This document shows, piece by piece, positions 50,489 through 62,809 of a stretch of 64,000 bases of DNA. Location: positions 86,695,921 to 86,759,920 of the forward strand of contig NC_092383.1 in NCBI RefSeq assembly GCF_030028105.1, written 5' to 3'. The position numbers were made by a program, and so were the translations under genes. The notes beneath the pieces are model-generated. The model had not been told where the DNA came from and made no database searches. It was given only the letters and a program-made list of their open reading frames with translations. Origin of the DNA: Mobula birostris (taxonomy: Eukaryota). How positions within the stretch are numbered: position 1 is the first letter of the stretch; each line of letters opens with the position of its first letter.

Positions 50489-52794
50489 TTAGTCCAGATC
50501 ACAACTGCCTACACTGGCCACAACGGGTACACTCCGGATTACCAGATCCTCCCTGGAGAGGCAGGATAGGTCCTGACTTTGGTATAATGCCCATCCCTCT
50601 GTACAGAAGTCTAACCACCTCTATCGTGCTGCCCAGCAGTGGGACGTCCCACTTGGTCTGGTACCACTACTCTCATCATTCCTTCTCACCGTCCAAAATG
50701 TAGCATCTCAATTTAAAACAATGATCATAATTTGCCTCCAGGAATGCTGCCTGACTCGATGAGTTCCTCCCTAGTTCAAAGTAAATTTATTATCAAAGTA
50801 GGTAGACCACATACATCCCTGAAGTTCATTTTCTTGCCAGCCCTCACAGGAAAATAAAGAAATGCAATAGAGTCTGTCATATAGCAAAGACCGAAAAACT
50901 TCCAATGTTCAAAAGAGGACAAATCAGGCAAATAATAAAATTAAACATATTATATTGAGAATATGAACTGCAGAGTCCCTGAATTTGAGGCCACAGGCTG
51001 TGAATGAAATCAGCTCATAACTGAAGCAGTGAAGCCACACACGCTGGTCTGGAGTTTTTTTTAATTTCTCACTTCACAATCTTCACAATTTACCACAAGT
51101 ACCTGCTAACAGTTTAAACACCTCTCACTAATTGTAGCAGACATTGGAAGTTTGTTTTGTTGTAGTTGCTGACACTACACTTCCTCTTTTGCAGTAACTT
51201 TATTCTGCATTCTGTTATTGCTTTTCTCTTGTACTAACCTTGATGTACTGATATGATAAAAGTTTCTGTATGAACGGCTGAGCTTTTCACTAACACGATA
51301 ATAATAAATATGCAGATGCAGAAAATCCAAAACAACGCACACAAAATGCTGGAAAAGCTCAGCAGGTCAGGCAGCGCCTATGGAAGTGAATGAACAGTCA
51401 ACACTTCGGGTCCTGAGTGAGATTCTCAGCCCAAAACCCTAACTGCTCGTTTCCATGGATGCTGCCTGAACCGTTGAGTTCCACCGGCATTGTGTGTGTG
51501 TGGTTTTGAGTTCTTCATTGTGTGTCTGTACACGCGACAGTAATAACTCGATAAACCAATTTGTTAAATATAACAGAGATGATATTGCATTCTAGGGTGA
51601 TTTTGCCAGCTGTCTCACTGTCGTACAACTATAGAGCTTCTTGGTGTTTTCTTCCTCATGTGTCTCCTACCTAACATTTAACTCATCGAAGAGCTTGTTG
51701 AATAAGTGACAAGGGCTGGCCTGCTGTCTGTGAAGAAAACAATCCGTCTCGTCTGCACCCTGCCATGGGGAAGCTGTTGGAATTGAGTTTTATCTCCTTA
51801 TCTCCACAGAATCTGATATCCTTGTGGAACTTCAGCAACATAATCAACAAGAGCCTCATATTCCGAAAATTCAGAAATAAGATTCAATGATACTGCAAGA
51901 TCCAGTTCCATCGAAAGGCAGAATGTCCTCGATTACCAGTGCTTTGTGACACAACTGCCACATGAGATATAATTGCAGTGATGTTATTGATGGCGGTGGA
52001 CTGCGGAGGGTGGGGGAGGGGGGACTGAGCGGTGCATCCACTTTCATTCTCTAGGGTTGTGCCTGTAAGAGTATTGACTTCAATCGTACTGAAATAATGC
52101 GAGAGGACTATACGCTACCCTCTCTCACAGATTGCAATCCTGAGACCCCAAGGTAGATTAGTCTCTATAAACTGTATTGATTTAGACCTGTAAGTTGAAA
52201 TTGTTATTTTAGAATTTCACTTTTCAAAATGGGTTTGCATCTCGCAGTTTTGCTTGTTGAGAACAGATTCTTCCACTTGCCACCCCTCAGAAGTTTTATG
52301 GTTTGAAGGAAGTTGTATCTGCCAGACCCTGGCAATGCTGCTTTGTCTTGCCATGACCAACTCTGATGTAGCCCTGATGGCAAAGTTCATGGTTGATTAT
52401 CTTAGTATCTTAAGTTCTCATTATTTCTTGCTATTTATTTATATTTGCAATTGCAGTTTGTTGTCTTCTGCACTCTGGTTGATTTTTCATTGATCCAGGA
52501 TAAAGAGTCCTTGAAGCGAGATTATTGGTAGTGGAAACATTTCCATGGATGTGTAGTTATTCTCTTTGTTCAAGAGCCCAATGGTTGTGGGGTAGGAAAT
52601 GTTCTTGGTCATGGAGTTGTGAAACTTGAGATTCTTGTACCTTCTTCCCAATGACAGCAGCGAGAAAAGATTCACTTTACTGTTCTATAGATTTGCTGCC
52701 TATGCCTGCAAGAAAATGAATCTCAGAGTTATATATGGTGGTATACATGTCCTTTGATAATAAAATTTACTTCTTCATTTTGTAATGTACCACA

Positions 52795-52910
52795 TTTCAG
52801 TTTGCTGTGGTTTTATCATCAGACTTCCTGTTGCCTTCTTCCTCTATTTTATTTCTGTTATTTCGCTCCAAGGACAGGGAGTATTTGACCGGATCTCTGC
52901 AAATAAAACG
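52795..52910 (+). promoter_or_regulatory. Putative proximal promoter/5'UTR of gene C with RUNX- and ETS/PU.1-like motifs
   Basis: TGTGGTT at 52806-52812, ACTTCCTGT at 52823-52831, TTCCTC at 52839-52844; homologous to the sequence upstream of the gene B ATG. Confidence 0.5.
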
Positions 52911-52947
52911 ATGTGGATTTCAGTTCTGCTGATTAGTTTCCTACCTG
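52911..52947 (+). CDS. Gene C leader exon (MWISVLLISFLP)
   Basis: aaaacgATG; G|gtgagt phase-1 donor; homologous to the gene B leader, including flanks. Confidence 0.88.
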
Positions 52948-53496
52948 GTGAGTGAAAGCCAGTGCAGGACATTTACATCATCAGTGTTAGGTTGGGTATA
53001 GTGCACCATTTGCGCAGCAGAGTGCTTCCCTAGATTTAGTCGAGTACAGAATTTAAGTGCGTGGGTGGGGGGGGGGTGGATGGTTGGCGTATATTTAGGA
53101 TGAGATGGAAAAGATTTAAAAAGCACCTGAGGAGTACCCAGTGGATTGTAGAAGGAAATGATAGCAGTACTGTTGAATACAGGTACAGTAGTATCATTTA
53201 GGAGACTTTTCATTAAGTACACAGAGGTGTTGGGCTTGGACGGAAATGAACCAAATGCAGAAAACTTAGACTAACTATATAGGCGCTGTGCTCAGAATGA
53301 ACTGGTTAGGCCGAAGGGTGCCAGACCATTCTACGTTGCTCTAATGTGTGTAGACATAAAAGACTGCAAATGCCGGAATGCAAAGTTCGAAGCAAATGAC
53401 TGGAGTTCAGCAGGTTGAGTAGTATCTGCGGAAGGAGGGGAATTGTCAACATTTTGGGCCGAGGCCCTGCATCAGATTGGAAGTGGAGAGTGAAGA

Positions 53497-54020
53497 TACA
53501 GTCAGTGGCCACTATTTTAGGTACAGCTGAACACCTGCTCGTTTATGTAAATATCCAGTCCACCGGTTATGTGGCAGCAAGTCAATGCAGATGTGGTCAA
53601 GAGGTCAGTTGTTGTTCAGACCTACCATCAGAATGGGGAAGAAACGTGATTTAGGTGACACTGTTGGTGTAAGAAGGGATGGGTTGAGCATATCAGAAAC
53701 TGCTGATCTCCTGTGATTTTCTGTAGAGTTTAAAGAGAATAATCTGAGAAACAAAAACAAAAAACATCCTGCGAGCAGCAGCTTTGTGGGCAAAATTGCC
53801 TCGTGAATGAGAGAGGTCAGAGGAGGATGATTAAACTGGTTCAAGTTGACAGAGAGGTGATAATAACTGAAATGACCAAGCATTACAACATTGGTATGCA
53901 GAAGAACATCTCTGAACACACAACACGTCAAACGTTGAAGTGGATAGAGTACAGCAGATGACCACAAACATGCATTCAGTAGCCACTTTATTAGGAAAAA
54001 GGGGTACGCAAAGTGGCTTC
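53497..54020 (+). mobile_element. Tc1 non-autonomous derivative
   Basis: tacagtcagtggccactattttaggtac left end; internal TIR copy cagtagccactttattagg near the right end. Confidence 0.75.
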
Positions 54021-54569
54021 TTTAATAGGTACACAGTAACGTGGTCACAGTGTGTAGTGTAAAGAGGACAGAACAATGTGTGAATCAGGGTCAAATAGGT
54101 GACAGAGGGACCAAGGGGGAAGTGGGGATGAAGGAGCCGGGAGGGAGAGGGGTGCAGTTGGGAGACAGAGGCATGTGGGTGGGAGAGGAAGCAGACATTG
54201 GAAAAAGAGGTAGGGGTGGAGAATACTGCTGGAGAATGTTAAGTGGGAAAATCTGGTTACCAGTACTAGAATCTGATCTTGTACTGCAGTGATTGCAGTG
54301 AAGATCAGCATTGTTCTCTTGAATTTGGTGTCTTTATGGGGCTATTTCAGTGGGCGGGGGCACAATTAGTAGTCAAGAAGATTGATAGTTCTGTATTTAT
54401 GGGTAAACCAGATTGGGTAGGGATGTTAGATTTCCATCCCTAATGTGTCTTTGCAACTCTCGTACAATTTTGGTAACCACCTAGAGGTCTCTTGATCATT
54501 ATAATTATTTTATCATTATTGATACATGGTTATTAATTCCAGAATTAAATAATAAATTGTATTTGAATT

Positions 54570-57500
54570 ATCAATGTCCCCTCATGGAATTTGAAATCAC
54601 ATCTGGATTCCCTGATGCAAAATTGGTCCGACCACTGTTGTAAAATACTCGAACTCAGGAAGCGCATATCAGAACAGGCCATCAAAATAGATTTTTTAAA
54701 ATGTGGAAGGGCCTTCAATCTCATGCCACTTGTCAAAATAAAACAAAGGGAGTGTCTATTTTTTATTAAATCTAATATTTTATTTATCTAAGAAGACATT
54801 GTGTCAGATACTAATGATAGATATTTAATTGTCAAAGGAACAATTTGTAATAGAAAATTTGTCCTGGTTAATCTGTATGGATCTAATGTAGATGATCCTT
54901 CTTTTTTTAAAAAATGTATTTGGTTTATTGCCAGATTTAAATGAATATATGTTATTAATGAGTGGTGATTTTAACTGTTGTTTAAATCCTTTGATTGACA
55001 AGAGTTCAACCAATCAACAGCTTCGAAGTTGTTCGGCATCACTTATTAACTCTTCTTTAATCGATTATGGTTTGATCAAAATCTGGAGACATCTACATCC
55101 TAATGACAGAGATTATTCCTTTTATTCACATGTTCACAAAAAAATTCGAGAATCGATTATTTTATAGTTGATTTCCAATTTTTGTCCAAAGTCTAGAAAT
55201 ATGAATATGTCGCTATCGTCGTTTCGGATCATGCGCCTTTAAGCTTAGCTTTTGAATTGAATGATGTCAGTATTGTAAACTTGCCTTGGTGTTTTCCAGA
55301 AAATTTATTACAAAGTTCGGACTTTGTCAAATTTATTGAGACTCAGAAAAGACTTTTTACCTTTTTAACAATATGGGAGATGTGTCGAAATTGATTATAT
55401 GGGATACATTTAAAGCATATTTGCGAGGTCAGATAATCCCCTATTTAGCTAAGGTTAAGAAACTAGAGTTACTAGACTCTAGAGAAACTAGACAAAAACA
55501 GAGTTAGATAAGATTTCAAAACAAATTAAAGACTTGGATAATATTTTTGCAATCTCTCCTAACATTGATTTATTTAAACAAATGGTTGAACTTCAATCAC
55601 AATATAATTTACTATTAACTTATCCTATTGAAAGAAATCTGCTTAAATTGAAAAGTTAATTTTATGTGTTTGGAGGTAAAAATTATAAGCTATTAGCAGC
55701 CCAATTAAAGGCAGCTAGAGCTAAAAGACAAATTTTAAAAATTCATAAGGGAGACAGTAGTTTAGCTTGTAATTATGAAGACATTAATAAAATTTTTCAA
55801 GACTATTACATTGAACTTTATAAATCTCAGTTTCCAGCTGATCCTTCTAAAATGAATGCCCTTTTACAAAAGATTGATTTTCCTAGAATATCTGTTGAAG
55901 ATCAACAAACTCTTGATACTCCTATTACTGAAAAAGAAATTCAGAAAGCTATTCTTTCAATACAATCTGGTAAAGCTCCTGGATTGGATGTTTTTTCTGT
56001 AGGATTTTATAAAAAAATTGAAAAATTGCTTTCTCCATATATGTCAGAAAAGATTAAAGATTCTTTTTTGTTAGGAGAGTTACCTCCCATATTTTATGAA
56101 GCTTCTACTTCTTTAATTTAAAGGAAGATAAAGACCCTACTGACTGCGCTACATATAGACCCATTTCATTATTAAATGTGGATGCTAAAATTCTTTCGAA
56201 AATAATAGCTTATCGACTGGAGAATATTCTAGCTAAAATTATCTCTCAGGACCAAACAAGTTTTGTAAAGAGCCGTTATTCCTTCTCTAATACTCAGAGA
56301 CTGTTAAATGTTATATCCTCATCCTTTTCTAAGACTCCCCAATGTGTTGTTTCTCTTGATGCTGGAAAGGCATTTGATAGAGTTGAATGGAAATACTTAT
56401 TTAACGTTTTAGAGAAATTCAACTTTGGTACTCATTTTAATAAGTGGATTAGAGTGATATATAAAAGCCCTATTGCTACTGTTATTACTAACAATTGCAG
56501 ATCTCCTTTTATTCGACCTTCGCAGGGTACGAGACAAAAATGTACGCTAAGTCCCCTGTTATTTAATTTGGTGTTGGAACCCTTGGCCATTGCACTTCGT
56601 GAATCTAAAGATATCCATAGAATTTCCTTTCTTTCTTTTTAAATCTTTTTATTAATTTTTCAAAATTACAAACTCAATAACAAAGTTGGTACAAAGAGAT
56701 TGGAAAAATATTCATCAACGTATATAAAATGAATTTTAAGTAACATAGATATAAAAGACTTCCAAACTCATAATGAGATTAAACATTAAAAAAGAAATAA
56801 AAAGAAAAAAATATATAAACAAAAAAAACCTCAAAAGAAAAAAAGAAAGAAAACCCCCAAGAAGAAAAAAAAACAAAACAGGGCTAGACCAACAGCTTAT
56901 ATCGGATATGTTCAATAATGTCGTTAACTCCGCTCCTCTCATCATATAATTTAAATTTAGAAAAAAGTTTAAATTTAGAAAAAAGAGAATTTCCATAAAT
57001 GGGACTATTCATAAGATAACCCTTTATGCAGATGATCTCTTAGTTTATGTTCCAAATCCTGAAGAATGCATTCCTAGTTTATTGAAATTATTAAATGAAT
57101 TTGGAAAGTTTTGGGATGTAAACTAAACCTTCATAAAAGTGAATTATTTCTTCTAAATGATTTTGCTTCTATATATGATGACATTCCTTTTAAAGTTATG
57201 GACTCTTTTAAATATTTAGGTCTTATTATCAGTAAAAATTACAGAGACTTTTATGGAGCTAATTTGGTTCCTTTAGTGGACTTTATGAAGCAATTATTTT
57301 GTAGATGGAATCCACTTACACTTTTGTTAACTGGCCAAATTTGGTACCAGTTTCGTAATTTATTTAATCTCAGAAAATTTAACCTTCTTAGTTTAATTTA
57401 TCAAAATTAATTATTTAAACCTTCACTAAGTGATCCTACCTTTTTTCTTTGGAGGAATAAGGGAGTCTATCCCTTCATGGATCTGTTCCAAGAAGGCCGA

Positions 57501-58620
57501 TTGATGTCTTTTGAGAAATTAGTAACTAAACACTCTCTCTCGTTCTCACATTTATTGCAATATCTTCAGGTCAGACATTTCTTACAAGAATATTTAAGTA
57601 GTTTTCCATATATACAGGATTCTGACCTGTTAGACATTATTTTAAAAGTGAATCCTTTAGTGAAACGTTTTATTGGGAAAACTTATTATTTACTATTACA
57701 ACAGTACAATTATCCTTCACCTAAGATTAAGCAAGATTAGGAAAGAGGGCTTAACATGACCTTGATAACAGAGGATTGGTTGCGAATTTTGAAGTTGGTT
57801 AAGTCTTCTTCGATTTGTGCCAGTCACCCTTTAATTCAATTTAAAATTGTACATCGTTACTATTTGAGGAAGGAGAGACTGTATAAAATATTTCCTAATG
57901 TTGATAGTCAGTGTGATAGATGTAAAACTGAGAGAGCCATATTGACACATATGTTTTCGTTGTGTTCTATATTGAAACAGTTTTGGAAATCTATTTTCTC
58001 TACAATTTCTAAAGCTTTAAAAAATAATTTAAAATCTAATAAACTGACAGTTTTGTTCGGTATAATCCTTCAATATATTCATTGTACTTCAATATCAGAC
58101 TAACATGTAATTGCATTTGTTACATTATTGGCCAGAAGGGCTATTTTATTGAAGTGGAAAGATGCCCCTGCTCCCACTTTGATACAATGGTTCTCTCAGG
58201 TGATGCTATGTCTTAGTTTGGAGAAAATCAGAAGTCAAATTTTGATCCTCGATTTGACTTTGAGAAAAGGTGGAGTTCTTTTGCCCGCTACTATCATCTG
58301 ATTTGAGTTAATTTAGATGGTTTCCTTCTGATTCTTGTTTAAATGGATTTGAATTGGCGGATTGATGTTTTTCTTTTATGGAAGCTTGTATGGCGTATAG
58401 CTCTGGGGTCGTGCTCCCAATGGGGATTTTTTTGGGGTTTTTTTGTTTTAGTTAGTAGGGGTTCTTTTTCCCTTCTTTCTTTTTTCCAAAAACAAAATAG
58501 TTTTAACACTTTATTTTTTCTTCTTATTATTGATATATTGTTTAGCTTTGCTAATCAGTTATTTGTTAATTTAATTCCTCATTTTACATATTGACATGCT
58601 GACTTGATTACTTTAATGTA
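54570..58620 (+). mobile_element. L1-clade LINE: near-complete but decayed ORF2 (APE+RT+CCHC) and 3' UTR
   Basis: SGDFNC, DYSFYS, GKAPG.D, YRPISLLNVDAKI, SLDAGKAFDRVEW, LYADD and CDRCK...THMF motifs; many stops and frameshifts. Confidence 0.92.
56628..56985 (-). mobile_element. Inverted L1 3' end nested in the L1 RT
   Basis: Poly(T) left end; 9-bp TSD AGAATTTCC at 56619-56627 and 56986-56994. Confidence 0.8.
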
Positions 58621-59124
58621 TTTTTTTTGTTAATCTTCAATAATAATTATTCAAAAGATTTTAAAATGAAAATATTCAAACAACTCATTGAAGGATACTT
58701 GGCAGGAACAAAATATGGACTGAATTTGGAACAGATTCCAAGGCAACTGGACCATCCCTGTAGAAGGAGCATGTGGTATCCATGCGTAAAATCAGGGATT
58801 TCTGTGACCGCTGGCACCACAGGGACTGCAGAGTGTTCTGGATGTGAAATATTGCAGTATTGTATTAAACCTCTGTAGGCGTGGGAGAACTCAGGACTTT
58901 ACACAGTACCTACTTGTCCTTCGACCCAGCCTCACAGATTCTCCAAGTCTGAGACTGACGAACAGTCCTTTCTCCTGTGACCTCTCAGGCAGTGGTCACA
59001 GTAATTGTCTGTAGGCAGGTCTAGCCCTCCCCTCCCAGTATTTGCAGTGGCATGAAAGTTCGCCTGCCCGCCTGAGACAATCCCAAATAAAATACACTAG
59101 AGAGGCATAATACCTGCAGGAAAA

Positions 59125-59600
59125 ATATCAATAAGATTGTAAGGGAGCAGAGAAAGTTTCCGAGGATTTTGCCTAGACTTGAGGACCTGAGTTATAGGGA
59201 AAGGTTGAATGGGTTAGGATTTTATTACCTAGAGTGTAGAAGAATGAGGGAAGATTTGATTAAGGTATACAAAATTATGAGGGATATAGATAAGGTGAAG
59301 GCAAGCAGGTTTTTCCCACTAAGGTTGGGTGAGACCAGAACTAGAGGTAAAGGGTGAAAGGTGAAGTGTCAGGAACTTGAGGGGGAACTTCTTCACTGCT
59401 GGTCAGAGAGTGGAGCAAGCTGCCAGAGCAAGTGGCGGATGCATGTTCGATTTCAACATTCAAAATTAGTTTGGATAAGTACGTGGATGAGCTCTGATCC
59501 AGGTGCAGGTTAATGGGATTAGGCAGAATAATAGTTTGGCATGGACTAAACTGATCTAAGGGTCTGTTTCTGTGCTGTAGTGCCCTATGACTCTGTGACT
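59125..59600 (+). mobile_element. CR1 3' portion
   Basis: LEDLSYRERL..LG..LECRRMREDLIKVYKIM. Confidence 0.85.
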
Positions 59601-59879
59601 ATGGTCTGGGTTGATTGAAAGTTAGCATCCACTGCACTGCCACACTCCTTACCAGAACGTTAGCTGGGAGTTCCACTTGGGTCTCTGGAGTAGAAAGTGA
59701 CCCTAGAATGTACTGCAGCCAGCATAGTCACAGCACTGACAGCACCAAAATCATTAACTGTGAGGTCATCAGACATATCCTAGGACATGACCTGCAGTCC
59801 TTTTTGAAATTACTTTCTAAGTATATTTGTTTGTATTAAATAGCTTCTTTTACCTCACATCTGAGACTATCCCCTTCAG

Positions 59880-60200
59880 TTTCAGGTGCATTTTGGGCAG
59901 AGAAATATATAAGAGGAGTTGTGGGAAGAACAGTCACAATCGATTGTCACTATGAAGCAATGTACCTCTTTCACACAAAATTTTGGTGCATTGGATTCAA
60001 CCACCCATGTTCAACCGTAGTGGAAACACATGGGCACCCAGAACGGAGTGAAAGAGTGTCAATCACAGATAACCGGATACTAGGAGTGTTTACTGTTACT
60101 ATGGAGGATCTTCACCCTGGAGATACAGGATGGTACAGTTGTGGAATTACAACATCTGGCAACAATCCACTGTTTGGAGTATATCTACTGGTATCTGACG
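59880..60200 (+). CDS. Gene C exon: CD300/pIgR-like V domain
   Basis: ttcag|TTTCAG|GTGCA tandem acceptors (alternative start 59886) and G|gtcagt donor. GAFWAEKYIRGVVGRTVTIDCHY...FWCIGFNHPC...DTGWYSC. Confidence 0.88.
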
Positions 60201-60651
60201 GTCAGTTTGTTAGTGATTGCCCTTGTGTCTTCATTAAATAAATGTTTGATCCGTGTTTCCTCTGGAAAGAGTCAGAACAAACGATGACTGGGGAAGATAA
60301 TGCACAGGTGTCCCTGCCAATTGGGGAGATGTTGCTCTCATGGCTGAGGGTCATCATCATATTAATAAAGACAATCTTCTCCTCCTCCTCCTCCTCTTCC
60401 TCCTATTTCTGCTCCTCCTCCTCGCCAACACAAGAGTACAAGATCTTTTTTCAGTCCTTGTCCATCCCTTGCTGCCTCCATGTTAATATCAGTGCCAAGT
60501 GTTTTCCTTCCTGCTACAGGTCTCCAAACACAGTCATAATTACATTTGCTGTACAAGAGCCATCAACATATTCAAGACATCTGAGAAATTGATGCTTTTT
60601 TAAGTTTTCAGATGCTCATCCAGTGTCTAAATATTTGATTCTTTCCCACAG

Positions 60652-60972
60652 AACCCGTGTCTGTTCCAGTGCTTGGATTTCTGTCGCCAGCAAATGTTTC
60701 ACGTCTCGGGGGCTCAGTGACAGTGTCCTGTGAGTCTGTGCAGGGATCCCTTCCCATTCAGTACACATGGTATGAAAACAATTCATCTGGGCATTCAAAG
60801 ATCTCAGATACTAATAAACTGGATCTACATTGTCAATCCTTCAAACATCAACGTCATCAATATTACTGCACAGCCTCAAATTGGCATGGAGCAAAATCCA
60901 GTGAAATGGTCAACGTGACCATCTTCAACAATGGAGAGAACTGCAGTTATGTGACAGAAATCAATGGCACTA
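60652..60972 (+). CDS. Gene C exon: C2-type Ig domain
   Basis: ctttcccacag acceptor and A|gtaagt donor, 321 nt, phase 1-1. EPVSVPVLGFLSPANVS...YYCTASN...CSYVTEINGT. Confidence 0.9.
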
Positions 60973-61009
60973 GTAAGTGTTTTTTTGGGGGGGAGGACGC
61001 ATTTAATTA

Positions 61010-61200
61010 CACTCAGTGGCCACTTTATTTCACATATTTATACTGCAACTCATTAATGCAAATATCGAATCAGCAAATCATGTGACAGCAATTCAATGCA
61101 TAAAATCGTGGTGACATGGTCAAGAGGTTCAATTGTTGTTCAGACCAAAGATCAAAATGGGGGAAAAATGTGATCTCGGTGACAATGACCATGGAATGAG
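61010..61200 (+). mobile_element. Tc1 derivative, left fragment
   Basis: tacactcagtggccactttatt TIR. Confidence 0.7.
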
Positions 61201-61519
61201 TTTAATTCACAAGGACATTGCTGGGTCATGAGGACCTGAGGGATGGATGGATAAGTTAGAAGTTTATTCCTTCAACACACATAAAAGTTGCTGGTGAACG
61301 CAGCAGGCCAGGCAGCATCTCTAGGAAGAGGTGCAGTCGACGTTTCAGGCCAAGACCCTTTATTCCTTGGAGTGTTGAAGAGTCAGAGAAAACTTGATAG
61401 AGGTATGCAAAATTATAAAGGGTAAAACCAAACAGACTTTTTTTCCACTGAGGTTGGGTGGGACAAGAACTGTAGGTCATGTGTTAAAGCCATTACTTCC
61501 TTCAAAGCAAAATCTAACA

Positions 61520-62255
61520 TCATGAATGGCAGTGATGCTTCAATCCCAGATGAACTCAACACCTTTTATGCATGCTTTGAAAGGGAGAATAAAACTACAA
61601 CTATGATGATTCCTGCAGCATCTAGTGATATTGTAGTCTGCGTCTCTGTCTGCTGTTTTCATGGCTGCGTGGCTAAGCACAACTCAACTGCCATTTATAA
61701 ATTTGCTGATGATAGAATTATTGTTGGCAGAATTTCAGATGGTGACAAGGAGGCGTACAGGAATGGGATAGATCAGCTGGTCTAGTGATGTTGCAGCAAC
61801 AACCTTGCTCTCAGTGTCAGTAAGATCAAAGAATTGATTGTGGACTTCAGAAAGGGTAAAACAATGGAACACATACCAGTCCTCATCGAGGGACTAGAAG
61901 TGGAAAGAGTGAGAAACTTCATGTTCTTGGGTGTGAACATATCTGAGGGTCAATCCTGGGCCCAACATATTGATGCAGCTACAAAAAAAGTCACGGCAGT
62001 GGCTATATTTCATTAGAAGTTTGAAGAGATTTGGTATGTCACCAAAGACACTGGTAAGCTTCTAAGGATGTACTGTGGAGAGCATTCTCACTGGCTGCGA
62101 AACATTCTGGTAACGGGGTGGGGGGAGGATGGGTCCACTGCACAGAATCAAAATAATTTGCAGAAAGCTGTGAACTCAGTCAAATCCAACATGGGTACAG
62201 GCCTCCATAGTATCCAGGACATCTTCAAGGAGCAATGCCTCAAAAAGGTGGCACC
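61520..62255 (+). mobile_element. Rex1/Babar fragments
   Basis: LPDELNTFYACFE, IYKFADD..IVG.I, ELIVDFRK and FLGVNISE motifs. Confidence 0.8.
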
Positions 62256-62800
62256 CATTAAACCAAACATCACTTACTGTGCTCACACCATTGACACACA
62301 AGGATTACACAAGTGTGCAGAGAAAACTCAAGTGGTGGTGGATGCCCCAAAGGCAAAATATGTGTCACAATTGCAGTCCATCTTAGGATTTGTCAATTAC
62401 CATAACAGGTTCCTGCCATGTCTGGCTACTGTGCACCACCACTTAAGCTCATTTCTGCAGATCAGAAAGGAATGGCAATGGACAAAGCAGTGTGAAGTTG
62501 CTTTCAAAACAGGAAAGAGAATGGTGACTCTGTAGGAAACTGTACTCACATGTTATGATCCACATCGTCCAGTGAAGCTTTCCTGTGACACTTCTCTCTA
62601 TGGCATAGGTGCAATCTTTCACGTTATGAGTGAAGGAAGTGAATGCCCCATAGCCTTTGAATCACATTTCCTTACCTCTGCAGAGAAAAATTATGCTCAG
62701 ATTGACAGAGAGGAATTGAGACTGGTTTGGGCATAAAATGTTTCAGCCAGTACTTGTATGGGAGAGAATTTATCCTTGTACTGATCATCAAACAATTGTT
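62255..62800 (+). mobile_element. Ty3/Gypsy pol fragment (RT C-terminus/RNase H)
   Basis: LQSILGFVNYHNRFLP, WQWTKQCEVAF, YDPHRPVKLSCDTS..GIGA and SAEKNYAQIDRE motifs. Confidence 0.85.
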
Positions 62801-62809
62801 ACTGATCTG

